A stretch of 61,734 bases of DNA, the filler included. It is 8 parts of 8 records of this genome, joined end to end, with 100 filler letters (N's around TTAATTAATTAA, not from the genome) between each part and the next. Parts side by side here need not be neighbours in the genome. Positions count along the whole stretch, not along the records: positions 1 to 13,616 come from SRR20825010_5325; positions 13,717 to 19,860 come from SRR20825010_5328; 6 more parts are not named here. One strand, written 5' to 3'. This document shows positions 1-15,234 of the stretch, piece by piece. The notes under the pieces are model-generated. The model did not search any database and had not been told where the DNA came from. It worked only from the letters and a program-made list of their open reading frames with translations. The position numbers and the translations under genes were made by a program. Each line of letters starts with the position of its first letter. Positions within the stretch are counted from its first letter, which is position 1.

Positions 1-660
<660 letters not shown>

Positions 661-675
661 CTACGTGGGCGCTTC

Positions 676-2028
676 TTACTTTTTTTGGCGGCTCTCGGCA
701 TTGCGCTGGGCAAGCCAATTCAGCTTTTCTGCAATTTTACCCTCCAACCCTCGGTCTGTGGGCTGATAAAACTGCGGGGGCTGCATGCCTTCGGGCCAGT
801 AACTTTCGCCTACAGCATGCCCGGCCTCCTCGTCGTGGGCATAGCGATAGCCGCTTCCATGTCCCAATTCTTTCATCAACTTGGTGGGCGCATTGCGCAA
901 GTGCATGGGTACAGGCATGGAGCTGCTTTGCTTCACGTGGGCCATGGCTTGTTTGTAGGCGTTGTAACCCGCATTGCTTTTTGCGGCAATGGCCAGGTAA
1001 AGCACGCACTGGGCCAAAGCCAGCTCGCCTTCAGGGCTGCCAAGGCGCTCATAGGTTTGCGCCGCTTCATTGGCAATGGTGAAGGCACGGGGGTCGGCCA
1101 AGCCAATGTCTTCCCAGGCCATGCGCACAATGCGACGGGCCATGTAGCGGGGATCAGCCCCACCATCGAGCATGCGGCAAAACCAGTAAAGGGCTGCATC
1201 GGGGTCGGAACCGCGCACCGACTTGTGCAGGGCTGAGATTTGATCGTAAAAGGCATCGCCGCCTTTGTCGAAACGGCGAATCTGCGAGGGAGCAATTTGC
1301 TTCAAGGCAGGTAAATCAAGGCTGTTCAGTCCCTGTGTTTTGGTTTGAAGCAGGGTAATTTCCACCAAATTCAAAAAGCGGCGTGCATCGCCGTCGGCGT
1401 AACTACACAGTGCGTCAAAAGCGTCGTTGTTTACGTCAATTTCGGTACCCAACTCAGCCTGTGCACGCTTTAGCAAATGCACAAAATCTTCTGCACCAAG
1501 GCTATTGAGCACATACACCTGCGAGCGCGACAACAAAGCTGAGTTCACTTCGAACGAAGGGTTTTCAGTGGTGGCGCCGATGAATGTGACCAAACCCGAT
1601 TCAACAAAGGGCAGCAAAGCGTCTTGTTGCGACTTATTGAAACGGTGAATTTCGTCGATAAACAGAATGGTGGATTTGCCAAGCTTTGCATACTCGCTTG
1701 CTTGATCAATGGATGCGCGAATTTCCTTCACGCCGGAAAGCACTGCTGACAAGGCTATAAATTGCGCCTTTGCCGCACCCGCCAGCAAACGGGCCAAAGT
1801 GGTTTTGCCCACACCAGGGGGGCCCCACAATATTAGCGAGTGAACATGTTGCTGCTCGAACAGCAGCGTAAGCGGTTTGCCCGGCCCCAGCAGGTGGGTT
1901 TGGCCCACCACTTCTGAAAGCCGGCTGGGGCGAATGCGCTCGGCAAGCGGCACCGAACCCGCGACAGCACCAGGATTCGCTGGTAAAGACAGGCTCTCGA
2001 TGCTGTCGCCAAACAAGTCGGAAGTCAT
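676..2028 (-). CDS. rarA: Replication-associated recombination protein A (MgsA/RarA AAA+ ATPase)
   Basis: PLAERIRP, Walker A GPPGVGKTT, FIDEIHRFNKSQQD, GATTENPSF, ISALHKSVRGSDPDAA, VPMHLRNAPT. Confidence 0.96.
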   Translation of the reverse strand: MTSDLFGDSIESLSLPANPGAVAGSVPLAERIRPSRLSEVVGQTHLLGPGKPLTLLFEQQHVHSLILWGPPGVGKTTLARLLAGAAKAQFIALSAVLSGVKEIRASIDQASEYAKLGKSTILFIDEIHRFNKSQQDALLPFVESGLVTFIGATTENPSFEVNSALLSRSQVYVLNSLGAEDFVHLLKRAQAELGTEIDVNNDAFDALCSYADGDARRFLNLVEITLLQTKTQGLNSLDLPALKQIAPSQIRRFDKGGDAFYDQISALHKSVRGSDPDAALYWFCRMLDGGADPRYMARRIVRMAWEDIGLADPRAFTIANEAAQTYERLGSPEGELALAQCVLYLAIAAKSNAGYNAYKQAMAHVKQSSSMPVPMHLRNAPTKLMKELGHGSGYRYAHDEEAGHAVGESYWPEGMQPPQFYQPTDRGLEGKIAEKLNWLAQRNAESRQKK

Positions 2029-2660
2029 TGCGTTTGAATAAGGTCTACACCCGCAGGGGCTTTGAAATCAAAATAACTGGCGGGGCGTTGCCTGGAGAAA
2101 TCCCAATTGGTCAATTCCAGCTGAGTAACCTGCCCCAAGGCATCGTGAATTTCCAGGTTCACCGGCAAACCATCTTTCCAGCCAATGCGGGCGTAATCAA
2201 ACAGATTGTCTTTGCCCTTTGGCTTGATGATCAACCACTCCTTGCCGTCTTTCATACCTTCGTCTTTCAGGTCGAACAACTTGTCCACATCTTTGCTGCC
2301 AAACAGCAATGCAACAGGTGTGGAGTCGATTGCATTGCCAATGGGTTTTTGCGTGGCATGACCCATGTCTTCATCGTAAGAAACCACGGTGCGGCCATTG
2401 GACAGCAAAAGCAAGGGGTAAGGTTTCTTGATTTCCCAGCGAAATTTTCCCGGGCGCGAGAAGGTAAATTCACCTGTGCCTTTTTGTTTCACGGCACCGC
2501 TAGGCGATATAACCACCTGGCTGAACTGCCCTTCAGCAAAACCGCGGTTTTTAACAAAGTTGTTCAATGCATCTTGGGCTGAAGCCCAAGCCGCTGAACT
2601 TGCACCCGCCACCATGGCCAGCGCCAAAAGGGTACGACCAAAAAACTGTTGAATGCGCAT
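2025..2660 (-). CDS. lolA: Outer-membrane lipoprotein chaperone LolA
   Basis: Signal peptide, FSRPGKFRWE motif, C-terminal FDFKAPAGVD. Located between ftsK and rarA. Confidence 0.92.
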   Translation of the reverse strand: MRIQQFFGRTLLALAMVAGASSAAWASAQDALNNFVKNRGFAEGQFSQVVISPSGAVKQKGTGEFTFSRPGKFRWEIKKPYPLLLLSNGRTVVSYDEDMGHATQKPIGNAIDSTPVALLFGSKDVDKLFDLKDEGMKDGKEWLIIKPKGKDNLFDYARIGWKDGLPVNLEIHDALGQVTQLELTNWDFSRQRPASYFDFKAPAGVDLIQTQ

Positions 2661-2736
2661 GAATTTTTACTTCCTGTTGGGTGTTACACCTTGAATAACG
2701 CATACGGCTACTGGGGGTAAACACACTTAACCTAAC

Positions 2737-5049
2737 TTAATCGTCGTCTTGCCCGGCTTCGGCACGTGCCAGAATTTCCCGGTTGCCGTTCGATTGCATG
2801 GCCGACACCAAACCAGCCTGTTCCATGCTTTCCAGCAAGCGCGCCGCACGGTTGTAACCAATACGCAAGTGGCGCTGCACAAATGAAATGGAGGCGCGGC
2901 GGTGTTTCAGCACAATGCCAACGGCCTGGTCGTAAAGGGCGTCTTTCTCGCCATCAAAACTGCCTGCTGTGGCGTCCATGCTGGCGTTGCCACCCTCCTC
3001 GGCGGTGCCGCCTTCGAGAATGCCTTCAATGTAGTTGGGTTCACCACCCTTCTCTTTCAGGTATTCCACCACGCGGTGTACTTCTTCATCGGATACAAAG
3101 GCACCGTGCACACGCTGGGGCACGCCAGAACCAGGTGGCAAGTACAACATATCGCCTTGGCCTAGAAGCGCTTCAGCGCCCATTTGATCAAGAATGGTGC
3201 GGGAATCGATTTTCGATGAAACCTGAAACGCAATTCGGGTTGGAATGTTGGCTTTGATCAAGCCGGTGATTACATCCACCGAAGGGCGCTGTGTGGCCAA
3301 TATCAAATGAATACCGGCGGCTCGGGCTTTTTGGGCCAGGCGCGCAATCAGTTCTTCAATTTTCTTGCCCACCACCATCATCAGGTCGGCCAGTTCGTCG
3401 ATCACAATTACCAGCATGGGCAAGGTGTCGAGCGGCTCGGGCGCATCGGGTGTCAGGCTGAACGGGTTTGGAATGCTGGTGCCGTTTTTCTTCGCCTCGG
3501 CAATTTTAACGTTGTAGCCCGCCAGGTTTCGCACACCCATTTTGCTCATCAGGCGGTAACGTTTTTCCATTTCGCCCACGGCCCAATTCAGGGCATTGGC
3601 GGCCTGACGCATGTCGGTCACAACTGGACAAAGCAAGTGTGGAATGCCCTCGTACACGCTCATTTCAAGCATTTTTGGGTCGATCAGAATCAAACGCACT
3701 TCTTCGGCACCGCTTTTGTACAGCAGCGACAAAATCATGGCGTTGATACCCACCGATTTACCGGAACCGGTGGTACCCGCCACCAGCAAGTGCGGCATTT
3801 TGGCCAGATCGGCCACCACTGGCTTGCCTGAAATGTCTTTTCCAAGCGCCATGGTGACAGGCGACTTGTTGGTGCTGTATACCTGCGACCCCAGAATTTC
3901 CGTCAACTTCACCACCTGACGGCGCGGGTTGGGCAATTCCAGGCCCATCAGGTTTTTGCCATAAATGGTTTCCACCACGCGGATGGACACCAAACTGAGC
4001 GCACGGGCCAGGTCTTTGGCCAGATTCACCACCTGAGAACCCTTCACGCCCGCAGCAGGTTCAACCTCGAAACGGGTAATCACCGGGCCAGGCTGTGCCG
4101 CCATCACCTGTACCTGCACGCCGAAGTCGCTCAACTTCTTCTCGATCAAGCGAGATGTGTATTCCAGCGTGTCGGCCGACACGGTTTCAATCACCGCGGG
4201 TGCTTCGTCGAGCAAGCCCAGTGGCGGCAATTCGGTTTCAGTCAGTTCAGCAAACAAAGGTTGCTGCTTTTCCTTGATGGCCTGCACCGAAGGCTCGGCG
4301 GCCACGGCCACGGGTTCAATCCGAATGGGTTTGTGTTCTTCAAACTTCTCGCGTTTTTGTTCCACTTTTTCAACGCGGGCCAGGGCAACTTTTTTGCCTT
4401 CCTTGCGGTCGAAATATGCATTGATAAGCTCTTGAATCTTGAATACCAAGCCCTCAAGAAAACCGCCCACGCGTTCGGCCATCACCGCCCAACTCAAGCC
4501 CAGCAGGCCGCTCATGCCTGCAGCTGTGCACAACAGCAGCAACATGACCGCGCCCGACAAGCCCAGAAACTGTTGGAAAATGCTGGCGATTGTTTGCCCC
4601 ACAACGCCCCCGGCACCGGCAGGCAAGCCCTCGCCCTTGAAAATCGACAGGGATTCAAGCCCCATCAACCCGACCCACAGTACCGCAAAGCCGATGGGCC
4701 GTACCCAAGGCAGCCATTTTGGCAATGGTTCGCTGAATCCGGGCAGGTCTATTGCATCCACCATTTTGCGGGCGCGCCACAACATGAAAAACGACAGGCC
4801 CAACAAGGCGTAGGCCGAGTAACCTGCGATAAAGAACAGCAGGTCAGACAAATGCGCCCCCACCGAGCCGCCGAAGTTGCTGACCACGTTGCTGCCGGAT
4901 TCATGGGAGAAGCTGTCGTCTTGACTGCTGTGCGACACCAGAATCAAAAACAGATAGATGGAAAAGACAAGCAGGCATAGCCAACGAATCTCCAGCAACA
5001 GTTTGCTGATTCGAAGAGTGCCTGTATTTTGTGTGGTCCTGGAATTCAC
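2737..5049 (-). CDS. ftsK: DNA translocase FtsK
   Basis: N-terminal TM region, [37 protein letters not shown], gamma domain [14 protein letters not shown]. Start moved to the in-frame GTG at 5049 because the ORF-track start (5184) overlaps trxB. Confidence 0.94.
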   Translation of the reverse strand: MNSRTTQNTGTLRISKLLLEIRWLCLLVFSIYLFLILVSHSSQDDSFSHESGSNVVSNFGGSVGAHLSDLLFFIAGYSAYALLGLSFFMLWRARKMVDAIDLPGFSEPLPKWLPWVRPIGFAVLWVGLMGLESLSIFKGEGLPAGAGGVVGQTIASIFQQFLGLSGAVMLLLLCTAAGMSGLLGLSWAVMAERVGGFLEGLVFKIQELINAYFDRKEGKKVALARVEKVEQKREKFEEHKPIRIEPVAVAAEPSVQAIKEKQQPLFAELTETELPPLGLLDEAPAVIETVSADTLEYTSRLIEKKLSDFGVQVQVMAAQPGPVITRFEVEPAAGVKGSQVVNLAKDLARALSLVSIRVVETIYGKNLMGLELPNPRRQVVKLTEILGSQVYSTNKSPVTMALGKDISGKPVVADLAKMPHLLVAGTTGSGKSVGINAMILSLLYKSGAEEVRLILIDPKMLEMSVYEGIPHLLCPVVTDMRQAANALNWAVGEMEKRYRLMSKMGVRNLAGYNVKIAEAKKNGTSIPNPFSLTPDAPEPLDTLPMLVIVIDELADLMMVVGKKIEELIARLAQKARAAGIHLILATQRPSVDVITGLIKANIPTRIAFQVSSKIDSRTILDQMGAEALLGQGDMLYLPPGSGVPQRVHGAFVSDEEVHRVVEYLKEKGGEPNYIEGILEGGTAEEGGNASMDATAGSFDGEKDALYDQAVGIVLKHRRASISFVQRHLRIGYNRAARLLESMEQAGLVSAMQSNGNREILARAEAGQDDD

Positions 5050-5139
5050 TGTAATAAGAGTAGCCCGCAATGCAGCATATAATTGAAGTCTGTATTCTGA
5101 CAAAGTTCGAGGGAAATATCTCGAACAGACACCATTTGA

Positions 5140-6123
<984 letters not shown>

Positions 6124-6137
6124 ACCTTTTTGTCGCC

Positions 6138-6779
6138 ATGAAAAAGCTGAACTCCATGGCTGATCTTGAAGGGGTCAGGCGCTCGCTCAAAGAGCAGCGC
6201 CTGGAGGCAGAGCGGCTGGAAAAAATAAAGGCCGCTGAACAGAAAAAACTGCTGATTGAAGCCAACCTGTTCAAGAAACTGGTCAGCGATGTCACCCCCC
6301 TGCCCGATGCAAACCTGAAACTCCACGAACTGAAAAAACCCGCACCCATCGCCCGCCAACGGGAGCTGGACGATGAAGCCGTGCTGTGGGAAAGCATTTC
6401 CGATGAAATGGATGTTGAGCGGTTTCTGGAAACTGACGACAAACTTTCCTATCGCCGAAACGGTGTGGGCGTTGAAGCGCTCAAAAAGTTGCGAAAGGGC
6501 CAGTGGGTCATTCAGGCGCAAATCGATTTGCATGGGCTGCGTTCGGACGAAGCGCGCACCGCTGTGGGTGAATTTCTGCGGTCAAGCGTAAAACATGACA
6601 TTCGTTGTGTCAGAATCATTCACGGCAAGGGCTTGGGTTCAATTGGCAAAGAACCTGTACTGAAAGAAAAAGTGAAACGCTGGCTGGTGCAAAAAGACGA
6701 AGTACTTGCTTTTTGTCAGGCCCCACCCCGCGATGGTGGCGCAGGTGCCCTGCTGGTGATATTGAAAGCCCGACAATAA
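6138..6779 (+). CDS. Smr/MutS2 C-terminal domain endonuclease
   Basis: IDLHG, IIHGKG and DGGAGAL Smr motifs. Start set to ATG 6138, just after the trxB stop. Confidence 0.9.
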   Translation: MKKLNSMADLEGVRRSLKEQRLEAERLEKIKAAEQKKLLIEANLFKKLVSDVTPLPDANLKLHELKKPAPIARQRELDDEAVLWESISDEMDVERFLETDDKLSYRRNGVGVEALKKLRKGQWVIQAQIDLHGLRSDEARTAVGEFLRSSVKHDIRCVRIIHGKGLGSIGKEPVLKEKVKRWLVQKDEVLAFCQAPPRDGGAGALLVILKARQ

Positions 6780-6804
6780 AAAACAACAACGGAGACACGC
6801 GCCA

Positions 6805-7713
6805 ATGACGCAAATTGAATGGCAACAAGGCTTTGCCAAATCGAGTACAACCGGGCTGAACATGGCTTGGGAAACAGCTGGCCCCGCAGACGGCGAAACC
6901 ATTTTTATGGTGGCTGGCCTGGGTTGCCAATTGACCATGTGGAATGATGAATTCTGCGCACCCCTGCTTGAACGTGGCTACCGCCTGGTGCGCTTTGACA
7001 ACCGAGACATTGGGCTAAGTGACCAGCACCCCACAAGCATGAAAGTGAATGTGCCCGCCACATTCATTCGCAACAAGCTGGGCTTGCAAACCCCCACCAA
7101 TTACAAACTTGACACCATGGCCAACGATGCAATTGGCCTGATTGAAACCTTGAACCTGAAGCGCCCGCACTTGCTGGGCATTTCCATGGGCGGCATGATT
7201 TCTCAAATTGTGGCGGCCAAGGCACCAGAGAAAATCGGGAAGCTGGTCACCTTGATGTCAAGCACGAACAACCCGAAGCTGCCCATGCCCACACCGAATG
7301 TGTTGCACAACATGTTCCTGAAAAAACCGAAAAGCCAGAAAATTGATGATGTGGTGGAGCACGTTGAACGAGTGTTCACGGCCATTGGAAGCCCTGGCTA
7401 CCCGGCTGACCCGGCAAAGCTGCGCGAACGCGCACGTACATCGTACAACCGTGCTTACAAACCTGCTGGCGTGCTGCGCCAAACCCATTGCGTGGTAGCC
7501 ACAGGATCGATTGAGGATTACACACGGGAAATTAAAGTGCCCACTTGTGTGATTCACGGGCTGGACGACCCGTTATTGAAAAAGGCGTGTTCAGAACGAA
7601 TCGCCAAGTTGGTGCCCAATTCAAGGCTTCATTTGATCAAGGGGTTGGGCCATGATTTGCCCGAACCTTTGGCACCCACATTTGCGGAAATCATTCACAG
7701 CCACCTTGGGTGA
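6805..7713 (+). CDS. Alpha/beta-fold hydrolase (esterase-like)
   Basis: FDNRDIGLS, nucleophile elbow GISMGG, IHGLDDPL, GLGHDLP. GGAG RBS upstream. Confidence 0.9.
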   Translation: MTQIEWQQGFAKSSTTGLNMAWETAGPADGETIFMVAGLGCQLTMWNDEFCAPLLERGYRLVRFDNRDIGLSDQHPTSMKVNVPATFIRNKLGLQTPTNYKLDTMANDAIGLIETLNLKRPHLLGISMGGMISQIVAAKAPEKIGKLVTLMSSTNNPKLPMPTPNVLHNMFLKKPKSQKIDDVVEHVERVFTAIGSPGYPADPAKLRERARTSYNRAYKPAGVLRQTHCVVATGSIEDYTREIKVPTCVIHGLDDPLLKKACSERIAKLVPNSRLHLIKGLGHDLPEPLAPTFAEIIHSHLG

Positions 7714-7726
7714 TGGCCGGGCGTTT

Positions 7727-9172
7727 TTACGCTTTCTTCGTAGAGGGACTTAGCATTTTGGACGGGTCAACCCATTGATCAAACTGCGCAGCCGTCACGG
7801 CCTTGGATGCCAATGCGGCCTCCCTTAGCGTGCAGTTGTTGGCCTGAGCCTGTTTGGCAATCTTGGCGGCCCGTTCGTAACCAATATGCGGTACCAAAGC
7901 TGTGACCAACATCAGGGAGCTTTGCAACAACTCGTCGGCCCGCGTTTGATTCACCACCAGCCCTGACACGCAATGCCGGGTAAAACTGTGCATGGCATCG
8001 GCCAGCAAACGCAGGCTATCAAGCGTGTTCAAGGCGATCAGGGGTTTGTAAACGTTCAGCTCGAACTGCCCCTGGCTTGCCGCAAAACCGATGGCGGCGT
8101 CATGCCCCATGACCTGAGCACACACCATGGTCAGCGCCTCCACCTGGGTTGGATTAACCTTGCCCGGCATGATGGAACTGCCGGGTTCATTTTGCGGCAG
8201 CATCAGTTCACCCAAACCAGCACGCGGCCCGCTACCCATCAACCGGATGTCGTTGGCAATTTTGGTCAATGCAACAGCCAGCATTTTTAAAGCACCATGA
8301 AATGCCACCAATGCCTCGTGACCGGCCATGGCTGCAAACAGGTTATCGGCCTGGGCAAAAGGAATTCCCAATCGAGAGGCCAATACACTGGCCACCCGTT
8401 GGCCGAAATCGGGATGGGTGTTCAAACCGGTACCAACGGCTGTACCGCCAATGGCCAGCTTGTACACCGCATCCATCGAGGACAGCAAGCTTTGCTGGCA
8501 AAGCTGAAGCTGCGCACAATAGCCGCCAAACTCCTGTGCGAAAGTGATGGGTGTGGCATCTTGCAGGTGGGTGCGGCCAATTTTGATGATCGACTCGAAT
8601 TCCAGGGCTTTGGTGGCCAACGCGTTCATCAATTCGTCGAGCGCAGGCAACAGGGTAGTTTTCACCTTCAAACCAACAGCAAGGTGCATGGCCGTCGGGA
8701 ACACGTCGTTTGACGATTGCCCCAGATTGACATCGTCGTTGGGATGAGTTTTTTGATCGGAGTCCACACCCTGCACAAGATCCTGAGATGCCAGGCTTGC
8801 AATCACTTCATTGACATTCATATTGCTTTGCGTGCCTGAGCCAGTCTGCCAGACGGACAGAGGAAACTCGTCATCAAACTCACCAGCAGCCACCCTGTTG
8901 GCCGCTGTAGCAATGGCACGTGCCAGCAAAGGTTTTTGAAGCATCAGATCACCATTGACGCGAGCCGCCGCCCATTTGATCAAGGCCAGCGCATGAATAA
9001 TCTCAATGGGCATGCGCTGTTCACCAATTGCAAAAAACTGCAAGCTGCGTGCAGTTTGTGCACCCCACAAAACACCTTTTGGCAGGCTGACGGAGCCGAA
9101 ACTGTCCGAGACGGTGCATAAACCGTCGGAGTTAGGGGCGTTGGAAGATGATCGAGGTTGAGAAGGATGCAT
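7727..9172 (-). CDS. fumC: Class II fumarate hydratase
   Basis: WGAQTARS, QTGSGTQSNMNVNE, GRTHLQDATP, signature GSSIMPGKVNP. Confidence 0.94.
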   Translation of the reverse strand: MHPSQPRSSSNAPNSDGLCTVSDSFGSVSLPKGVLWGAQTARSLQFFAIGEQRMPIEIIHALALIKWAAARVNGDLMLQKPLLARAIATAANRVAAGEFDDEFPLSVWQTGSGTQSNMNVNEVIASLASQDLVQGVDSDQKTHPNDDVNLGQSSNDVFPTAMHLAVGLKVKTTLLPALDELMNALATKALEFESIIKIGRTHLQDATPITFAQEFGGYCAQLQLCQQSLLSSMDAVYKLAIGGTAVGTGLNTHPDFGQRVASVLASRLGIPFAQADNLFAAMAGHEALVAFHGALKMLAVALTKIANDIRLMGSGPRAGLGELMLPQNEPGSSIMPGKVNPTQVEALTMVCAQVMGHDAAIGFAASQGQFELNVYKPLIALNTLDSLRLLADAMHSFTRHCVSGLVVNQTRADELLQSSLMLVTALVPHIGYERAAKIAKQAQANNCTLREAALASKAVTAAQFDQWVDPSKMLSPSTKKA

Positions 9173-9309
9173 AGCCTTGGTCTCCCGTGGCTGAAGAAAT
9201 GTCTCTGGACAATTAAATTAACGCCCCTTGGGGGCTGTCTGTGCGCTGCTACGCACATTTATTTGTTAAACAGAGGCGCCCCCATATGCTTGGTGCGCCC
9301 CAAGCCAGA

Positions 9310-11300
<1,991 letters not shown>

Positions 11301-11329
11301 GGGGTACCTGCGTAGTAGTTGTGGCTCTT

Positions 11330-12547
11330 ATGAATTATCGCATGCAGATTTGCCAATCAATTGGCGAGATCGCACAAGCTCAATGGAATTCACTTGTATG
11401 TCAATGCAATGGTGGTGTGCTTCACCCTGCCCTGCGGCATGAATACCTGCTGGCACTGGAAAGTTGTGGATGTGCCACGGCAGAAACAGGCTGGGGGCCA
11501 TTGCATTTGGCGATTTATGGCGATGCCGGCGAATTGCTGGCCGCCATGCCCCTGTACCTGAAATCCCATTCCTACGGCGAATATGTATTCGACTGGGCGT
11601 GGGCACAGGCCTACGAGCGCAGTGGCCAACGCTACTACCCCAAGCTGCTTTGCGCCATTCCATTTACACCCGTGCTGGCACCCAAGGTGCTTCATGCCAC
11701 CCCGGAAGCGGGCAAGGCCCTTGCGCAAGGTTTGGCCCAGCTAACCTGGCAAGCAGCCGAAAATTCCGAATTGCTGGGCACCCAAATTTCAACCCTGCAT
11801 GCCTTGTTTTTAACCGGCCAAGATCAACAACTGTTGTTGGGTGAGGCCACCAGTTTGAACAACAGCAGCCGCCATGTGGTGCAGTTTCACTGGCACAACT
11901 TCAATCCGCAGCGCGGAAAAGCATTCAGCGAATTTGATGAATTTCTGGACAGCCTTAATCAAAAAAAACGAAAGAACATTCGCGCGGAGCGCCGCAAGGC
12001 ACACGTGGAAGGGCTTGAAATACAGCGAATTCACGGCAGTGATGTAACTGCCGAACAGCTTGAGTTTTTCTACCAGTGCTACAGCCGCACCTACATGGAG
12101 CATTTTTCCAGCCCGTATTTGAATCTGGAATTTTTCAGGCAACTGTGCACCGCGATGGGCGAACAGGTGCTGCTCGTTCAAGCCACTTTGCAGGGCGTGC
12201 CCGTGGCCAGTTCGTTTTTTATTTACAGCAAAGAAAGGCTGTACGGGCGCTACTGGGGGTGTATTGAAAACCTGCCCTGCCTGCATTTTGAGTTGTGTTA
12301 CTACCAGGCCATTGAATTTGCCATTGAACAAGGCATTGAGTGGTTTGAAGGCGGTGCGCAGGGAGAACACAAAATGGCGCGTGGGTTGAACCCGCAAACC
12401 ATGGTGAGTGCGCATTATGTACACGACGATGGTTTCAAGCTACCGATTGAGAACTTTCTTCGACGTGAAAAAGCGCACCTTCAGGCTTACGCCACAGAAT
12501 TAACCGAGCACACAGCGTTTCGAGCCGGTACCGTGTTGGAGCAATAA
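11330..12547 (+). CDS. FemAB-like GNAT-fold protein
   Basis: YLKSHSYGEYVFDWAWA, YYPKL, LYGRYWG, LHFELCYY, EGGAQGEHKMARG. Start placed at ATG 11330 to avoid overlap with nadE, leaving only 29 nt between the divergent genes. Confidence 0.85.
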   Translation: MNYRMQICQSIGEIAQAQWNSLVCQCNGGVLHPALRHEYLLALESCGCATAETGWGPLHLAIYGDAGELLAAMPLYLKSHSYGEYVFDWAWAQAYERSGQRYYPKLLCAIPFTPVLAPKVLHATPEAGKALAQGLAQLTWQAAENSELLGTQISTLHALFLTGQDQQLLLGEATSLNNSSRHVVQFHWHNFNPQRGKAFSEFDEFLDSLNQKKRKNIRAERRKAHVEGLEIQRIHGSDVTAEQLEFFYQCYSRTYMEHFSSPYLNLEFFRQLCTAMGEQVLLVQATLQGVPVASSFFIYSKERLYGRYWGCIENLPCLHFELCYYQAIEFAIEQGIEWFEGGAQGEHKMARGLNPQTMVSAHYVHDDGFKLPIENFLRREKAHLQAYATELTEHTAFRAGTVLEQ

Positions 12548-12576
12548 AAAAGCCAACCCGAGGGCTGGCTTTTTTT
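12546..12576. terminator. Bidirectional intrinsic terminator between the GNAT gene and ppa
   Basis: AAAAAAGCCAACCCGAGGGCTGGCTTTTTTT: hairpin flanked by A and T tracts between convergent genes. Confidence 0.85.
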
Positions 12577-12598
12577 GAACCTTGAATTAGCAAAGGTA

Positions 12599-13126
12599 TC
12601 AACCTTCGTAATTGGCCACGCCGTCACGAATTTCTTTTTCAACGTCGGTCATGTCGCCCCAACCTTCAATTTTGACCCACTTGCCTTTTTCAAGGTCTTT
12701 GTAGTGTTCAAAGAAGTGCTGAATACGTGCCAGAAATTCCTGGGGAACGTCTGAAATACTTTGGTAGTGCTTGTACTGTGGCAACAATTTTTCAACCGGC
12801 ACAGCCAACAGCTTGGCATCACCGCCAGATTCATCCGTCATTTTCAACATGCCGATGGGGCGAACACGCACCACACAGCCAGGCTGCAGCGGAAACGGTG
12901 TCATCACCAGCACATCCACGGGGTCGCCATCTGCGGCCAGGGTTTGCGGAATGTAACCGTAGTTGCACGGGTACTGCATGGAAGTGCCCACAAAGCGGTC
13001 GACAAACAAAGCACCACTTTCTTTGTCAATTTCGTACTTCACTGGGTCGGAGTTCGCTGCGATCTCAATGATCACGTTCACGTCGTTGGGGATGTCCTTC
13101 CCGGGGGAAATGCTTTCGTAGCCCAT
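12599..13126 (-). CDS. ppa: Inorganic pyrophosphatase (family I)
   Basis: [47 protein letters not shown]. Confidence 0.96.
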   Translation of the reverse strand: MGYESISPGKDIPNDVNVIIEIAANSDPVKYEIDKESGALFVDRFVGTSMQYPCNYGYIPQTLAADGDPVDVLVMTPFPLQPGCVVRVRPIGMLKMTDESGGDAKLLAVPVEKLLPQYKHYQSISDVPQEFLARIQHFFEHYKDLEKGKWVKIEGWGDMTDVEKEIRDGVANYEG

Positions 13127-13177
13127 GCTGATCAGTCCTTCAAAATAAAAATTTTTCGTATTGTATCGAATAATGCT

Positions 13178-13616
13178 TTAGGCAAGCTGACGGTCGTTCT
13201 GAAGGTGATTGTTCAATTTTTCCCGCCAGGCTTTGGCCCGCTCGCCCTGATTGGCAGCTTCGTACAGCTTCTCAAGCTTGCCTGCCACATGCGCTGAAGG
13301 CTGCTTGGCGTAAACTGCTTCAAATCTTGAAATGGCCTTGCCCCAAAGCTGTTCACGTTCACACACATCGGCGGCCAGTTCCAGCAAACGCAGGTCGGCA
13401 GGCTGCTGGGTCAGCAGGCGTTCAACATTGGGCAGCGCCTCACGCGGCTCCAGCACGGCAACCTGATGGTAAATGGGTAACAAATCCTTGTTGAACTGTT
13501 TGTTCAAAGCAGTTTCCAGCATTTTTCTGGATGCCGTCACCAAACCACTACGCATCAGGCCCAAAGCCAAGGCCCGCAACACACCTGCCACTTCCAGTTC
13601 TGCGGGTTTTGCGTGG
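13178..13616 (-). CDS. hemY: HemY-like TPR protein, C-terminal fragment
   Basis: TPR-like helices with CEREQLWGKA. Upstream of ppa; truncated by the spacer. Confidence 0.65.
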
Positions 13617-13716
13617 NNNNNNNNNNNNNNNNNNNNNNNNNNNNNNNNNNNNNNNNNNNNTTAATTAATTAANNNNNNNNNNNNNNNNNNNNNNNNNNNN
13701 NNNNNNNNNNNNNNNN
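13617..13716. other. Artificial contig spacer N44-TTAATTAATTAA-N44
   Basis: 100-nt block with stops in all frames, present seven times. Genes are cut and GC changes across it. Confidence 0.98.
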
Positions 13717-15234
13717 TGACGACACCGTAGCGTCGTCGGACAGCGTCAGAACCTTGTTCGGCAAAAGCGCGGCCATCCCGAGTTGGGTATAGCTGGGCAA
13801 CGCCGCGATCATCGGTTTGAGGTCGGCGTCGAACCGGTTCAACTTGCGAATCTCGCGCAGACATTCCTCTGCAACCTCATAGCGCAGGGCGTCCGAGATG
13901 ATCACCACGACCTTCTGGTCACGGCGACGGAACTCCGACGCCTGATCCATGTAGAAATCCGACTGCCGTGCATAGCCCGGGACGGCCCAGTCCGCCATCT
14001 TGGCAACCTGATCCTGCCAAGCATCGTTCACGGCCAGCAAAAAGCTGGTCGTATACCGGTTTTCGACGCTCTCGAAGAGCGCCCCCAAAAGCGAGGCCTG
14101 ACCGCTTTTCTGCATGTGGTAAACGAATTTGCGATAGAGTTGATCAATCCGGTACCAGCTCGTCACATACCGCTTCACACCCTCGGCTGGCGAGGTCATG
14201 CCAAGCGTTGCCTCCGAGAGCGCCTGCTGGAATTCAGTGGCATATCCGATGGCCTCGTAGACATCGGCGTAGATCGTATACCAGTGGCTCTGGCGGCGTT
14301 CGCGGACCGTCTTCAGCACCTCGGCCGCCGTGACGGTCTGGTTGGACATTTCCGCCACTAAAGCGCGGATGATCTGACGGTCGATCTCTTCGAAATGGTC
14401 GATCAGGCGGAGGGCCTTGATCTCGCGGTCCTGCAGATCCTCGGGGATGCGCAAAATGTCCTGGTATTTGCGGCTGAGCGTCTCAAAGGCTTCGGCCCCC
14501 AGGCGGTTGTTCTTCCACCGACGGAAGACCAGAAGCGCCTCCGTGTTCAGCTTGCCATCCTCGCCTAGGGCGCGGCAGTAACAGGATTGGAACAGGGTGA
14601 TTGCGAAATCCTCGAAATCCGGCTCGTTCGAGACATAACCGTAGGCATTCGCCACCTGTTTCCAGAAGAACCCGGTCAGCCCGGCGCGGTTGATCGTGCG
14701 CAGGGCATCGTCACGGCCTTCGGCAAGCTCACCCAACAGGGCCTCGATCACGGTGTCCAGCGCGCCATCGGCACCGGCGCAGACGGCCAGCATCTTGCGT
14801 CGAACGGCTGAGATGGAATCCGATGGTTGCTCCGCCTCCATCGCCTTCAGCCGGTCCAGCCGTGCCGCAGAGCGGTAGAACGCCATGTGGTCGCGCACGG
14901 CGGCCTCATACTTTCCGGGCAGGCCAAGCTCGGCTAGCCAGATCGCCGCCTGATCGGCTTTGAATACGGCTGTCGCCAATTGCAGATCGAGCAGCCAGTT
15001 GTCCTTCATCTCCGGCTCCGGGCCGTCCTTGTAGATCAGGAACTTCTGCTTGGGCTCCTGTCGCAGGATCCGATACTTCAGGCCGAACTCGTTGTTGGCG
15101 ATCTCGACCTTCTCGACCCCCGGCAGATCCGCTGCCTCATAGGCTGCGCGCATGTCGCGGGCGGTGTCATACCAGAAGACGATCCGGTGCTCCTCGAACA
15201 GCCGCGCGAGCCCGGCCTGAATACGATCCGACAT
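13717..15234 (-). CDS. pglZ: BREX phosphatase PglZ (BrxZ), 3' truncated
   Basis: RIVFWYD, NWLLDLQL, VVVIISDALRYEVA, LPSYTQLGMAALLP alkaline-phosphatase-like motifs. Directly after pglX. Confidence 0.94.
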
